From the NCBI GenBank assembly GCA_964016885.1, contig OZ024741.1, positions 288,238,001 through 288,302,000 of the forward strand: DNA of 64,000 bases, in the 5' to 3' direction. Position numbers and translations under genes: made by a program. The notes below the pieces were generated by a model, which worked only from the letters and a program-made list of their open reading frames with translations, made no database searches and had not been told where the DNA came from. Below are positions 12,839 through 26,960 of this stretch, in pieces. This DNA is from Eledone cirrhosa. Lineage: Eukaryota. How positions within the stretch are numbered: position 1 is the first letter of the stretch; each line of letters begins with the position of its first letter.

Positions 12839-13172
12839 CCCAATTCACACTTTTGAAGCAAAATGGCAAAGAGTTCCCGTAGACCTTTAGGTGATTTCAA
12901 CCAAGCTAAAGTGGAATCCCATTGCGAATCATCTTCCAAAAGACCTCGCTTAAAGCAGGCTTCCCGGTACGTATCACATATTTCTCCATCAACAGTTTTG
13001 AGGTCCTGAAAACTTTGTGGGCCTACAACTTCATGCAGAAGAAGGCGGAGATGAAAGCACTCATGCTGACTTGGGGGCACAGTGTAAACCCTTTCAAGAC
13101 AGCTGTCAAATTTTACACCAGGATGTCTTTCAACAGCCTGACCTGACTTCTTCGCACTCAAGTGTTTTTCGA

Positions 13173-14047
13173 TCATATAAAGTAGGATGGAACCTGGGGG
13201 TACACAATTGTTTGCGCAAATGTATCGAACTGGTAAAGTTTGAAGAAACCCGTCAGAGTGGTCTCTTTCGGATCGGCGGCCAACTTGGTGGCGGTTTGCC
13301 CATTTTCCAAATGTACCGCAAGCTGTACGATGGCGGGGTGCCGTTGGTGTAGGGGTAAACCAAATAGGCGCCAAAAAGCTTCATTGCTATTGATGTACCG
13401 CCCCGCCAGGTATTTTGTGACCTCGTCCCTGCTATTTACAACTTGAAATGCGAACATTGCGGCATCAGAGCCCTTATTTGCATATGTATTTTATCGACTT
13501 GACGGAGTTGCAAAACTCAACGTTGATGTGGGCGTTGAACATCTTCAAGAGAAGCGGGCAGTAAGGGACCACCCATCTATTGTCGACTTGACCTCCCTTT
13601 ACTGTTGTGGTGAAGTCACCGTTCTCGGGCCGTCACCACCAGTCTGAGTCTGGTCAACAAATTTTTTGGGGTATCCCTTACTGCACGACCCCCCCTTCAG
13701 ACACGTGTGATGCTCATTAGGACCCAACGCACACGGACCATGTTAGCTTTGACGATGTCATGTAATTCCTGGTCAGTTGCTGGGTTAGGGATTTCAGCCG
13801 AAATGAAGCTGTCTATGGCATTTGAATTGATTTTATCAGCTAACCAAATCAAAATGTGAGCATGTGGCAGCCCTAGTTTTTGCCATTCGACGGTGAACAT
13901 GTCACATTTTACAGCCCCAAATACCTGACCCTTTTTGATTAAAGCCATGAGTTTAGCCAGTTTCAGTCTGAACACTCTGGCAATGAGGTCATGTCTGTTC
14001 GAATAATTTTGCCCAGGAAAAAGTGCACGGGTTACATTCCGATTCAT
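13173..14047 (-). pseudogene. Helitron Rep (HUH endonuclease) region
   Basis: ORF 13697-14047 (E.Q..GLPHAH motif) and ORF 13173-13457 (GRYINSNEAFWRLF...QLAVHLENGQ). Confidence 0.9.
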
Positions 14048-14494
14048 ATGTCTACAGCATTAATCTGTTATATGAAGCGTTTTTTTGCGGGTTGTTATTT
14101 GCAATAAGCCGATTGAAAATGCCCCAGATAAGCCGTATGTCAATACGGAACGCTCCACTGCAGTGTTGTCATATAGGGAGTGAAGAGCGACAGAGAGAGT
14201 AAAACAGTTAAATTATATAGAGGGGGGAATGATCATGATCGATGTTTGCCCTTATTGTTGATGGATTTGAAATTTTTTTACCTCATGACCTTTTCCTGAC
14301 CAAAAGCAATAGTGGTCCCGACATTGAATAAAATCCGTTGGAAATTGTGGACGTGCATACGTTACAAACCTTAACAAACACATCCTCAGATTTATATATA
14401 TAGATAAAAAATTAACATACATATTTTTACAGTTAGAAATTCACTCTCCGACCCCCAGCTCCCTCTCTCTCTCTCTCTCTCTTATATATATATA

Positions 14495-14958
14495 TACAAT
14501 ATATTGATAAATGGAAACTATATTTATAAAACCTTACTGATTTTATATATATTTCAAGGGCAACCAAGGCATAATATATTGAATATTTACTCCAGTAAAT
14601 TGTTGAGTGCTTTATATCAGTTATAAAACTTTTAAGCTTGTTGAATCCCAACAAATTAAATATAACTTTTGGATATATATATATACAATATATTAACAAA
14701 TGGAAACTATATTTATAAAACCATATTTATTTCATTATACATATTTCAAGGTCCACCAAGGCAAACTATGGTGCTCTTTCATCAGATAATATGTATAATG
14801 AAATATGTATAATGAAATAAATATGGTTTTATAAATATAGTTTCCATTTGTTAATATATTGTATATTTACTCCAATAATTTGTTGAGTGCTTTATATCAG
14901 TTATAAGAATATTTTGCTTGTTGTATCCCAACAAATTAAATATAACCTCTACATTATA
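14495..14958. mobile_element. (TA)n-flanked duplicated/inverted element with hammerhead
   Basis: Direct duplication (~14495-14665 vs 14680-14945) and an inverted repeat ~14680-14745/14802-14865. Homologous to 18557-18690. Confidence 0.7.
14729..14790 (-). ncRNA. Type I hammerhead ribozyme
   Basis: Minus strand reads ttat-CTGATGA-aagagcacca..tggtggacctt-GAA-ATATGTAT-A-atga. Same family as 18580. Confidence 0.65.
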
Positions 14959-14979
14959 TATATATATATATATGTATGT

Positions 14980-15127
14980 ATTGAAGTTTCCGTTGAAAAA
15001 GTCAAAGGAATGAAGAGTGCTCTATGTAAGTTACAGAGCTAAATATTTAATGTATAATAAACAATACAATATAATTACCTCATTACCAAGAGGTAATTAT
15101 ATTGTATTGTTTATTATACATTAAATA
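14980..15127. mobile_element. (TA)n-flanked element ending in a perfect 38-bp hairpin; related to 63650-63855
   Basis: Arms 15044-15081 and 15090-15127 with an 8-nt loop. 14981-15040 matches the reverse complement of ~63790-63850 (gaagagtgctctatgta..tacagagcta). Confidence 0.75.
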
Positions 15128-16571
15128 ATTATAAATATATATATATATAGTGTCTTTTCCGCAAACACCTACCATAGAAATTCGCAGAAACAAAGCTTTT
15201 CTTTTCAATCATGTAGCAGCTAATTACATGGATAAATTGAATTTTTTTTTTCCAGCTCACTATATTACATATGTGAGACAACTCAGCTCTATTTCTAATT
15301 AAGATAGACAACGATCTCTCCCTTCAAGTATTTTACCCCACCCGTATTCTGTGTATATAATATCTTAGACTGGGGTATCCAGAAAATTAGGTAAATTTTT
15401 ACAATTACACTTGTCTCCCGTTGGTGAAATTTATAGTTTTCTATGGTTTTAGTGTATTTTGTGCGAATCAAAAACCATTGGAAAATCATAAATTTCATGT
15501 CCATTACCCCCAAACTTGAAACCTCAAAAAATGCCACTACCCCTCCTCTGCCTTAGTTATCTAAAAAAAACAACCCAAAACGAGTAATTTCCGATGATTT
15601 TGAAGGTCAGATTCGTTCAAGACAAAACAAAACAAAAAACATAAGAAAACGTAAATTTCACCTCAACGTAAAATTGTAAAAATATTATTCCTTTAATTTT
15701 TAAGAAGTTTGAGGAAGAATGGTGCTATTCCTAGCAGGCTAAACGACCGCGTAAAAGCTTTACCCGTTAGCTGTGTTGAGATGTACATCGCCAGAGAAAC
15801 AGCATCGTTCGTACGTCGACCAACCTCACATCGCCACATTCGTTGTGGCTAGTGCTACAATCCACAGACAAACGGAAACGAATTTCATAGTGTTAGCAAG
15901 AAATAACAGTCAACTATGCCTCAAAACAAACTCTACTGTCTTTAAAACAGAACGGACACATCAGATAACGTCGTCGTAAGGTAACTCCGACGAGGTCAAC
16001 TTTGCTTTTCATCCTTTCAAGGTTGATAATAAAAAAAAGTACCAGTCCAGTACTGGGGCCGATTCTTCTACCACTTTCTCACTTCGTTTCTATCATTTTC
16101 TCTCTCTCTCTCTCTCATTCCGTCTCTGGGAAAAATCGGTTGTATTCAGACCTGGAGAGGAGATGGGTTCCACCTGGTTTAAATGCCGAAGAAACATCGT
16201 ATATACTACGGTGCCCCAACGACTCCGCTATGTCTTACGAGTCTATACACACAGATGGAATACCTCTGATTATAAGTGTGATCGATCAGAGTTGATCTGG
16301 AGCTAAACAGCATCAATAATAAAGTAAACCACCCAACATTGAAATATTGGAGTCGATTATACCTACACGGTCCTACATTTGATGTAAACCGTTAGTTTTT
16401 GCTTCCATAGATGAGTGATTAAGTGATGTTCATGTAATTTCTCAAGAGCATAGGCAACAGAAATGAAATTAAAAGAAGGCTCCAAACACAGATCGAAACC
16501 GTGTCCCAAATTCATCCACCCGGGTGCCTATAGCTTCATTATACGACCCACCCTCACTCTAACTAGCCACT

Positions 16572-16750
16572 AATAATTGTTTCTACTTTTGGCACAAGGC
16601 CAGCAATTACCAGTATATTACTGGTACTTTATTTTATCGACCCCGTAAGAATGAAAGGCAAAGTTAACCTCGGCGGGATTTGAACTCAGACCGTAAAGGG
16701 ACGTAACTATGCTAGAAAGCATGGTGTCCGACCCGCCACTGATACTGCCA
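16572..16750 (-). mobile_element. tRNA-derived SINE
   Basis: Reverse complement of the SINE consensus. Confidence 0.88.
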
Positions 16751-18509
16751 AATTGAATTCATACACACACAAATGTACAAACACACATACACAAATGTAT
16801 AAACGCATACATAACTGTACAAAAATGTACATACACACAAATATATACAAAAACAGAAGCACAGATACAAGTGTATAACCACGTACATATATATACACAC
16901 AGACGCACGCACACGTGTAAAACACGTTCATACACGCACTAAAATATACACACAGAAATGTATTCACACATACATGTAGAACCGTGCATGCAAGCATTCA
17001 CACATGTATATATAAATGTGCAGGCACACAGATAAACACACATATGTATATATGTACAGAAATGTACACAAACACCCATGTACACAAAGATACATGTGTG
17101 CACGCGCATACAAACACACTACACACGTATACACACAAGCATACTAAGCACATGTTAGCAAGCAAACACTCACACATTTACAAACATAAATCATTTGCAA
17201 ACATTCGGTATTTCCAACCCAAATAAAAATCCTTCTCTCCCGCCACAACAGAGTGAGAGTAAGAGTGAGAGGGGGGAGGAGGAGTAATAGAGAGAAGAGG
17301 AAAGGCGATGGAGAAGAATGAAAGAAGTTACACATATACATGAGAGAGAGACGGTACGCGGCATGAAAAAACAAAAACAAAAAAAAAAAGCGATTAATTC
17401 TTGATATCAAAGCACCCGAAGACGCCTCTGGTTCTACAATACAAAGCTATTTATTTTAAAGTGTTTAAATATTGAGAGAAAGTGAAAGTAAGCGAAACTG
17501 TAAAGGATAAGCAGAGATAGAGGGGAAGAATAGAGGTGAAGCACTACCGCCATGACCACCACCAAGTTATTTGTATAACATCACACCATCACAACACGGT
17601 TACAATCAACACCACCACCATAACCATCGCCGCAACAACACGGTTACAATCAACACCACCAGCATAACAATCACCACAGCTACATTAACACGATTACAAC
17701 CACCACCGCTACCATCACATTAACACGATTACAACCACCACCGCTACCATCACATTAACACGATTACGACCACCACCACAAGAACAGCCATTACTAGTAA
17801 AATATTCACAACACTACCACCACAACTAGACTGAAGACCGCTAATATTACCATTGAGAAAACTACTACTTATGCTGCCATCACAGCAGTAGCAACAATGG
17901 TAATATTTGTGGATGCCGGAGTAACTGACCCGACCATCAATGAAACGGAAAACATAACACTCCCGAACATGGAACGAGAGAGGGGGAGATAAGAAGGACC
18001 TGAGGCAAATACACAGTCCCTTCCCACTCACCCTCACAGACATAAAACATGCACGAACACAAACGATACCAGTAAAACCGTTCGAAGACAAATGAAGGAC
18101 AGACAGACAGTTTTTGTTGTGGGTTTGTAGCTTAAGCAAAGGATACTCATTATGGAGAGACAATATTAATAGAATATTGTATAATCTATGTAATTATATA
18201 ACAACAATGTGTATAATAAATAAACAAACAAAGAAATAAACCCACCGAAGGTTGCGTCATTCATAGATTCGGTCATTGAGAAATTGTGATTTTGTGTTTG
18301 ACAGTCAGCCGAGGAAAATGTAAGGATTCCAACAACGAGGAAAGTCTTCTTCACTTTGTATATGAATTGCGAGAGGGGAAGAGGATAAGGAAAGAAAGAG
18401 GAAGAAGAGGAGGCGGGTAAGAAAGAGAGATTGCGTGTGTGTATGTTAGACAGGTTATACACATGCACGTGTGTGTTGTAGACACGCATAAAAGAGACCT
18501 GGATTTATA

Positions 18510-18559
<50 letters not shown>

Positions 18560-18579
18560 CTCCAAACTAATCTGTATTA

Positions 18580-18645
18580 TATTTTATCTGATGAAAGCGC
18601 ACCAAAATCTGCCTTGGTGGCCCTTGAAATATGTATAATGAAATA
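18580..18645 (+). ncRNA. Type I hammerhead ribozyme (complete core)
   Basis: tattttat-CTGATGA(18588-94)-aagcgcaccaa..ttggtggccctt-GAA-ATATGTAT-A-atgaaata. Stem I 8 bp, stem II ~10 bp, short near-palindromic stem III, predicted AUA cleavage after 18637. Lies between (TA)n tracts. Confidence 0.8.
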
Positions 18646-19569
18646 AATATGGTTTTATAAATATAGTTTCCATTTGGTAATATATTGTATATATATATAT
18701 ATATATATAGATAGGTGGATATATGGAGAAATAAATGAATAGATTTATAGATAGCTGGATAGACAAATAGACAGACAGACGGATAAAAGTACAATCGCTT
18801 CACTTAAAGACAAGAATGCATTTGTAATTAGACGCCAATTATTTCTGTTAATCACTTGTGATTCAAACTATTGTGTATCGAAAGAATTTTTTTTATACCT
18901 TCTAAACACGTAAGTTTTAAATTAACTTAGTGATTATTATTGACTATCAATAACCATTAAAAATGAACGTTATTTAATCTAACAACGTTGAAAGTGTGTA
19001 AATTATTTTTCCATGGGGTAAAGAAGTGGCAAAATCGTGAGAATGGCGGTATTCGTTCCGACTGTCTGCGCCCTGGGTTCAAATCTGGCCGAGGTCAACT
19101 TTACCTTACATTGAATCACTAAAAATGTCAGTTTATGAGCAACTGCTACTATGCATTCTTTGTCCTCGCCTTTCCTCACCACTCATTGCCTTCTAACGAC
19201 CATTCCTACCTCTTGCCATATAGTGTCCCATTTGAATCGCCTCCCACCACCACCATGTAGACATTTGAATCCCCTCCCACCACCACACGTAGACAGCAGT
19301 GCATATTTTGGAAACCACTGAGCTAAATCATATCTACATTCGGAGAACAAAATAATTAATAACTCCACGTGTATATTTGCCAGCGAGATAAGAAATCGGA
19401 ATGACTATTGCTCGCCTTGTACTATGGCGCGAAATCGTTTCTTATATAATTTCGAAGTATTAATAAATATATCTTTATCGACCAATTTAAAGTATATGTA
19501 CATATTGAGCAGCATTTAATAAAAAAATAAAGACAATACTTTATTAAAGAGAACAGAAAAAGGAAAAAA

Positions 19570-20015
19570 AGAGGAAAGAAGGATCAAACAAAGAAGGAGA
19601 GGGTGAAAGGACAGTTACTACACCCCAGTCACGCCCCGTGGACAAAACGGCAAAAGCCTTACCGGGGGTGGGGGTGGGGGTGGCAGAGACACCCACTGCA
19701 TCAGTGACCCCATCTAGCAGGCTCCCTCTTCAAGTTGTCTGCTCTCTTTCCAACTTTACGGAGGAAATCAAAGGTTTTGACGAAGACTGGCGCAAAGTGG
19801 AAGCAATCAGTAAAGCCCTGGTATTTGACTATCTTCCTCTCCTCTGGATTACAGGCAGCCGGTCCCTGGTTTGTGGCCAAAGCGACAAGGTTGGAGGCAG
19901 AGAATGTGTCACTGCATATCACAGCCCAAATTATGGATTTGAACCCCACAAAAGGGAGGAGGGTTGATCCATCTGGGTGCTTTCCATCGTCATGGTCAAA
20001 GACAACTGGCTCCAA
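19570..20015 (-). mobile_element. CRE-like non-LTR retrotransposon REL-endonuclease 3' fragment
   Basis: DDGKHPDGSTLLPF..IIWAVICSDTFSASNL..ERKIVKY resembles the GKRPDG..W..WDxTCxDT..KxxKY REL domain. Confidence 0.7.
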
Positions 20016-20384
20016 CCATGAAGGGAAACTGGCTGCATTGAAACTTTTTCTAAGTTACGCACGAGACCAACACGAGACTCAAATATATAGATCCAGTGTG
20101 TAACTAGTACTTTATTTTATCGACCCTGAAAAACAAAGTTAACCCTGGGGAAATTTTAACACAGTGTGGCATAACTGAATGGGCCAACTTTTAGCATTTA
20201 CCTGCAGACCAGAGAACACAAATAGGAAAGTGCACTTACTTTTGGCACTATGAGCAATCTGGGATCCTGACCTGAAACCAGTATCTACTGTCCTCTTTTA
20301 AGTCCATTTCATTATAATACTTGCTTTTTCCACACCTGGCATCTTATATACAACCAGTAGATCAACACAGTCAATTATGACAGC

Positions 20385-20572
20385 AATAATTGTTTCTACT
20401 TTTTTGGCACAAGGCCAGCAATTATCCAGTGTATTACTGGTACTTTATTTTATCGACCCCATAAGGATGAAAGGCAAAGTTAACCTCGGCGGGATTTGAA
20501 CTCAGAATGGCAAGGGCCGCAACTCTATGCGTCAAAGCATGGCGCCCGACCCTCTACCGATACTGCTAATCC
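20385..20572 (-). mobile_element. tRNA-derived SINE
   Basis: Reverse complement of the SINE consensus. Confidence 0.88.
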
Positions 20573-21044
20573 ATAATGTTGAACGACAGCAATAATGTTG
20601 AACATATCAAATTTTAGAGTCCTAGATTGGTTATGGCGTATATACCAGGATTACTGGATATGTGAACAATCATACAAGCTGGGAAATTTGAATTTTGATA
20701 AATTAATGGTTTTCATAAGAGAAACCTTATAGTTTATGTTGATTACTGACACATAGAATGGGTTAAAGATAAGAATTATATTTTATAGATTATTTCTAAG
20801 ATATAATTAAATAAATGTTCAGCATATATATATATATATATATATATATACAAATGACAGCAAGGGTTAAATGAATAACTTTGGAAAAATAACTATTTAC
20901 AGGGTCAAATGTAGAGTTAAAACTGGGGACTTTGTGATTGGAAAGCTAAGGTTTTATTGTAGGAGGGAACATGATTGAGATAGGAAATGAATTGTATGTG
21001 TGTAAATTTTAAAGAGTTACAGACATACACACATATATATATAC

Positions 21045-21219
21045 ACAACAAAATTTAATATAGAAATGGCTTCTACAGGACTAGAACTGTTTCATTTGAA
21101 GGAAATCCTCAGTTCTAGTCCTGTAGAAGCCATTTCTATATCAAATTTTGTTGTATACATTCTACTAATATATTGAGTACCTTATTTACTGTGGTTACCC
21201 CCCGATTGAACCCAGGACT

Positions 21220-21220
<1 letters not shown>
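21045..21220. mobile_element. Fold-back copy of the 'GAAACAGTTCTAG' hammerhead family
   Basis: 45-bp arms 21045-21089 and 21110-21154. The minus strand across the loop reads CTGAGGA tttccttcaaat GAAACAG..CTGTAGAA. (TA)n flanks. Confidence 0.75.
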
Positions 21221-21253
<33 letters not shown>

Positions 21254-21749
21254 ACACGTGGCATGTTACTATGGTTGATTCAACGCAATCTCAAGCAATT
21301 TTTGTAATTTGTCCTGGTAATGTCCCCACATTCACTGTAGTAGTAATAACACTATTGATTCTACTACTACTACTGCTGCATTGGACAGCTCCTCAGAACT
21401 GACGGTTCTCACGCCACCTAAACACAACACCCAGTCCTTCTACCTATACCCGGATATCATTCCTTTATCTATTTGATATCAAACCCCAAACCACATGAAG
21501 CCATCCTTACATTCTATGATTTATCTAAAATCCTTCCATCATAATACTATGTAAGAACCTTTGTTATGTTCCCAAAACCAACTAGATAATTCTTGATTAT
21601 TTTCAAAATTATTTGAAATCATATGGGACAGAGTTTTTCATTAGAAATATGGTAATGAAATGGTTAATGTTTTCTTGTAGTTGTTGTCTTCCAACTTCGA
21701 CTGTGTATATCTCATGGGTTTTAGAGGGCTTGAACAGGCCTTAGATGAA

Positions 21750-22000
21750 GCCTCTTCTTGACTTACAAAACAGGAACTATATTGGTGTCACAGGTTGTCA
21801 AGAGCTTTAGAATTCTATTGGCAATGACCCTAGCTGATTTGCAAAACAGTAACTACATTGGTGTTACAGGTCTTGATGGGCATTAGAATTTTATTCACAA
21901 AGCCCCCTGTTGATTTGCAAAATAGTAACTACATTGGTGTCAACAGTTCTAAGAGGGCCTTAGAAGGCTGTAGGCAAAGCCCCTTCCTGACTTACACCAA
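21750..22000. repeat. ~75-bp diverged tandem repeat, about three copies
   Basis: caaaa(c/t)agtaactacattggtgtc recurs at ~21766, 21841 and 21917. Confidence 0.6.
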
Positions 22001-22269
22001 AAGTGTTCCAACAACAACATACACCATCCTTTCAAGACTACATAGCCCCATGTATATTTTATTTCATGAGACAATAAGGCATGATTTGGAGGAAGATTTG
22101 GCTGCTATTTCTACCATTGTGGTAATTGTGGCTCCGAAGTTAATTTAGCAGGTGTTGTTATTTAATCCCAGGTCAACCTTAATCAAGCAGAGTATCTTTA
22201 ACTACATTATTTAATGTTAAGCTGGGTTTTTTTTCTAGTTCTGATACCCCTAGCATCATTCATAATGAT

Positions 22270-22490
22270 AATAATGGTTTCTGATTTAGGCACAAGGCCA
22301 ACAAATTTGGGGTGGGGTGGGGGGGAGTCGATTAATCAACCCAAGTGCATTACTGGTGTTTTATTTTATCACCCTCAGTAAGGATGAAAGGCAATGCTAA
22401 CCTCGGCGGGATTTGAACTCAGAGCATAAAGGGCTGTAACTCAATGCCACAAAGCATATTGTCCAACACTTTATCAATACAGCCAATAAT
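22270..22490 (-). mobile_element. SINE
   Basis: Reverse complement of the SINE core. Confidence 0.8.
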
Positions 22491-22699
22491 AATATAGAGT
22501 AATATGTATTATAATATGTAATATAATATACCATCTGTTACTGCGTGTATTTCTTTCAGGTGTTACTGGGAAATCTTTCAAGTGGCACTTCCATAAATAT
22601 ATCCAACCCTCATCTCCAGTTGGTGTTTTGTTTTTCATTGAATGTGTTAGAGTACTTTCTATGTTTTCTTCAACATAGTTAATCTCTTCTTCTTTGACC

Positions 22700-24250
22700 A
22701 CTTATCCCTGAGAGGGTCATGGGGGCAGAATCCACAAACACTCCTTCCAGCAGGTCCTGTCAGAAGCAGCTGTCTTCAACTGATCTGGCTGGATCTCCAG
22801 ACGAGACCAGCTCATGGATGTTATCCAACTATGTTGCTCGGTGTCTATGCCTCTGGGTCTCCTGTCGGTTGGTTTTGCTTGTAAAATCTGCCCAGCAATT
22901 CTCTCTTGAGACATTCTAACCACATGCCCATAGTATCGGAGTCATGATCTCACAATTCGGAGAAATAGTGGCTCTACTTGGAGTGACTCTCTGATCTTTG
23001 AGCTATGAACTCTATCGAGCAATGTTACTCCAAAGACCCTTTAGAGGAACCCCATTTTGGCCGCTTGTATTTGCGATCGTATTCTTTCGGTCATTACCGA
23101 AGACTCATGACCATAGATAAGGGTTGGCACGATTACCGAATAGAAGATAACAAGTTTGGCTTTTACACCTACCTACCTTCTTCCGATTCCCATATACTGA
23201 AGCCAGCACATTACTGCACCAACTCCCACAATTCTTGCACTTAATTCAGTCTCCTGCTTTCTATCATTTGTGAACACAGCCCAAAGATACTTGAACTTCA
23301 CCTGCTTCAGTGAAACTCCGTTCACATGTAGAGTACATTGCATAGCCTTCCATGACAAGTGTCTCAGTTTTCACAGCACTGATTTCCATTCCAGCTACGC
23401 AGCACTCAACACAAATACTAGAGCATTCATATAGAGATATAAGGGCAACAAGAAGCTGACCATCGGTCCCATACTCCTGCAGAAACTTCCACAGCAGCTG
23501 CTGAGGAATACGGTCATATGCTTTTTCGAGGTCTACAAAACAAGAACATACTTCTTGGCAATATTCCCACGATTTCTCAAAGACTTGCTGCAGTGTGAAT
23601 ATTTGGTTGGCTGCGCTGTATCTGGGGTGAAAACAGTACTGTTCATCAGTTAGCTTGGACTCGACAATCTCCCTGCATCTCTTTGCCAGACACTTAGCAT
23701 ATACTTTACCGGAGAGGTTTAACAAGGAGATCCCTTTGTAATTGGGAAAATCTCTCGTTTCCCTTTTTGAAATTAGAGATTATCACTCCCGGTTGCCATT
23801 GTTTAGGTGCCTTTCCAGAGATCCAGGCCACCCGGCACACATGAGTCAGACAGAGAATACCTTTTAACATCTCGGGCCTGATTTCATCTTCCCCAGCAGC
23901 CTTGCCAAATTTGAGCCCTTTGACTGCTCTTGTGACATCAGCCTCCGAGAGATTAGTCACCGCTCACTGATGCACCTCACATACATCAGAAGTTGCTGTT
24001 GTGTTCAGGTTCAGATCAGCTAAGTATTCTCTCCACCACGCGAGGATAAACCTCTCCGAAGAGAGGATGATCTCAGACGTGTTCCTGATAACAGGTGTAG
24101 CAGGGGACTTCTTATTACGATGTCGGCAGATGGTCTGCCAGAAAACTTTATTTGCTGATCGGATTTCAGCTTAACTCTAAAGTCCTGCCATGTCTTAACT
24201 TTGGATGCCTTTACTGTTAGTTGCAATACAAGTGGGCAACTGCTGGACGA
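22700..24250 (-). mobile_element. RTE-like LINE, degenerate RT
   Basis: GKAAGEDEIRPEMLK, SAANQIFTLQQVFEKSWEY..CFVDLEKAYDRIP, QVKFKYL and RRPRG, with frameshifts. Confidence 0.9.
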
Positions 24251-24539
24251 ATAAGTAGCCTCGAACCAACAGCGGTAAATTACTAGGGGAGATGGAGCAA
24301 TGGGTGACACCTGTAACTCCCAAGAAAACTCTCATAACCTGGTGATGTAGCTATGTTGAGGCAAGTAAAGGCCGCCTCCAAAAAAGCCTAGTTTTTGTGG
24401 GTTTGACAAAGTACCAGATTGGTGACTGGCGTGAATAGGATCACTGAAATTGAACTGCAATAGGGTTGTTAATATCTCAACAAATAATTTTCAGAGTATG
24501 CAAGGGATTGATTAAGTGTGTATATGTGTGATGCTCGAA

Positions 24540-25690
24540 TGAGTATCCTCCACTTCCAGCTAACTTCTTAGTCCCAGCTCTGAGGCAGTGTATTCTCCAT
24601 CACAGGATGGAGAATACACTGCCTCAGAGGGCAGCGAGGGAGACGTGCTGGAACAGCCACTCTACCTCACAGGCAGCAATCTTCACTCCAATAGCAGTGA
24701 ACAGGCATGTGGTCTAGGGACCAAGAATGCAGGAAGTCTCCACTGTTACACGCTCTACGACAAGCCTATCAGAGAGCGGCCAATACTTAGACAATTTGCC
24801 CTCTTTGGACTGGAGGGCAACAAAGTCTGGCCGAATGCACCAAGTTGCCACAAGAGTAGGTGTCACAGCATGTAGTATCCCAGATGAGGAGCCTATCCAC
24901 GCAGAATGGGAAGATTGTCATGCTATCTGGCCTTCTGCCATCCTCTCGGTCCAGCCCTGCTGGCTGAAGCTGGGAAGGGAAGCCTACGCCATTCAGACCA
25001 TACTTTATGCAGTTTGGTGTGGGAGGTGGCCATCACTTTAAGAGCATGACAGTGGATGGAGACCAAAAGGATCCACAGTGGCACTGCAGCGGCATTTGTG
25101 GGGCTCACAGATGCGGGAGCCGAGCCTCAGGGAAACACTGATGTGCAAGCAATCACTGTCCAGCTGAGTGCCAGTCACAAGTGATGGAACTGTTGAGCCA
25201 GGCACCACTGTGGGATTGGAAGGCGAAGCAGAAACATGCCAGACGGTGCTGGTTGAGTTGGCACACCAGCCCACATCTAAAATCATGTTGTAAAGGATGG
25301 TGCCCCATTTGTTTTGGGAGGACTGGATGTCTATCGAAGGGAGAAAGGAATGGACATTCACAGGATGGAGGCTGAGTTGGTTCCATGTTGCATAGGCCGC
25401 CTCACGTTCCCCCGATCACAGAAGGTTCAGTTGTGTTGTGGAGAACCCTGTTGATGAGTACATGGCAAGAGGTCACCGACGAAAAGAAAGCAGGCAGGGC
25501 CAGTGAGACTGGAGGCCATATCTGACGGGTAAGGTGGTCTGTTGCCATGTGATGTCATCAAACTGAACGTTGCATATCTGATCAGCAGCCCATCAGATGC
25601 AGATGTTGAGATCTGTAAGGAGAGATACTTGGCTGTAGCAGGGAGAACTGTGAAAGGTGTATAAGAGCTTTGGCATGGCGACACCAACTT
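24540..25690 (-). mobile_element. CRE-like non-LTR retrotransposon fragment (zinc knuckle + REL)
   Basis: SGAWLN, VSLRLGSRICEPHKCRCSATVDPFGLHPLSC, and a downstream DG..PD/WD region. Confidence 0.75.
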
Positions 25691-26211
25691 AACTATTTTA
25701 AGACCAATGTGACATTAATTGATTTGAGCGAGTTTGCACTGCTATTTCTAGCTGATCAAACAAATACATTGAAGCTTCCTCAATGAATTTTTAGTTTTTG
25801 CTGTTGTCTAACTCCAGCTACCTTGATTGAATCAACCTATAATCAAAGGCATTCCAGTTATGGCCATTTTGTCTTTTTAACTCTTCATTTCGATATATTT
25901 ATTGAAAAACTGTGTATGATTTTCAAATCATTTTGAAAACAATCTATAATTTAGAGGGATTTAATAATATAACAAAGTTTCTTATTGAGCTGGTATTTGG
26001 AACATAACTTAAAGATTCTTATAGAATATTGTAACAGAGATGTTTTTAGAAAAATAAAAACATTTTAAAATAAACAGTTTTCTATTGTAAAACTGGAGTG
26101 TGTAGGGCTACATTATACGAGACAGTTGAGTATAATTTGATGGAAATTTGTGTTATTTTTAGCAAGTAAATCGACTACGTAGATGCTTGTACATTGTTGC
26201 TGTTGCTGTCG

Positions 26212-26246
<35 letters not shown>

Positions 26247-26747
26247 AGTACTCCCATAATTAATCTCCCCGGTCTCAGCACCGCAGACTGTGCGCGCGCG
26301 CGCGCGGATCGTCGTAGCTACTTTTGGTTTATTTTGTGTTTTAGTTGCAAAGTTAAACCCTAATGTAGCAGACCTACAATCGAAGGTATTATAATGGGGT
26401 TCGTCATTCTTTCTTTTAAACATGAGTTGACGAGTACCTTATTGAACGTATCTTTAATTTCCCAAAGACAGCAATGTTGTTTATTGGTAGTATAAGGGTG
26501 ACAACAGTGATGGTGGAGGAAGACACGAACCGCTTTTGAACACCGATCAAAACAATTACATTAGAGATGATGATTGTTAAATAAACAAACAATAAATATA
26601 ATGATTCTAAAATAACAATGATTATACTGGTGACAATTGTTTTCTTCCAGTCACATCACATATCTCTAAATTTCTTAATCAGTTTCTCCTTATATACTCG
26701 TCTCTTCATTACTCACAGAAAATATAAAACATTCGCGCGCGCACATC

Positions 26748-26960
26748 TATTTCACATAGAAATAACTTCTACAGGACTAGAACTGTTTCATTCATTTGAA
26801 ATCAGCGGTACTTTCCTGATGATTTCAAAAGAATAAGACAGTTCTAGTCCCGTAGAAATTATTTCTATATGAAATAAATATATACGTTTCTACTAATATA
26901 TTGAGTATCTTATTTAACTGTGATTCCCTTACGTTCCTCTTCGGAATACAATTCTTAATT
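26748..26960. mobile_element. Fold-back copy of the 'GAAACAGTTCTAG' hammerhead family
   Basis: Imperfect arms ~26748-26804 and ~26820-26876; tttc-CTGATGA at 26813-26823. Confidence 0.7.

Larger units (their letters stand above)
10873..14404 (-). mobile_element. Helitron with both termini, degenerate Rep/PIF1 helicase
   Basis: Minus-strand 5' end TCTATATATATAAA at 14404. 3' end hairpin cccgagcaacgccggg then CTAG at 10873-10876. Inserted between A and T. Rep motifs ARVFRLKL and VEWQKLGLPHAHILIW; helicase motifs ASSGIAATLL.GGRTAHS, IVWDE, GDFRQTLPV and FAMSINKSQGQT. Multiple frameshifts. Confidence 0.95.
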
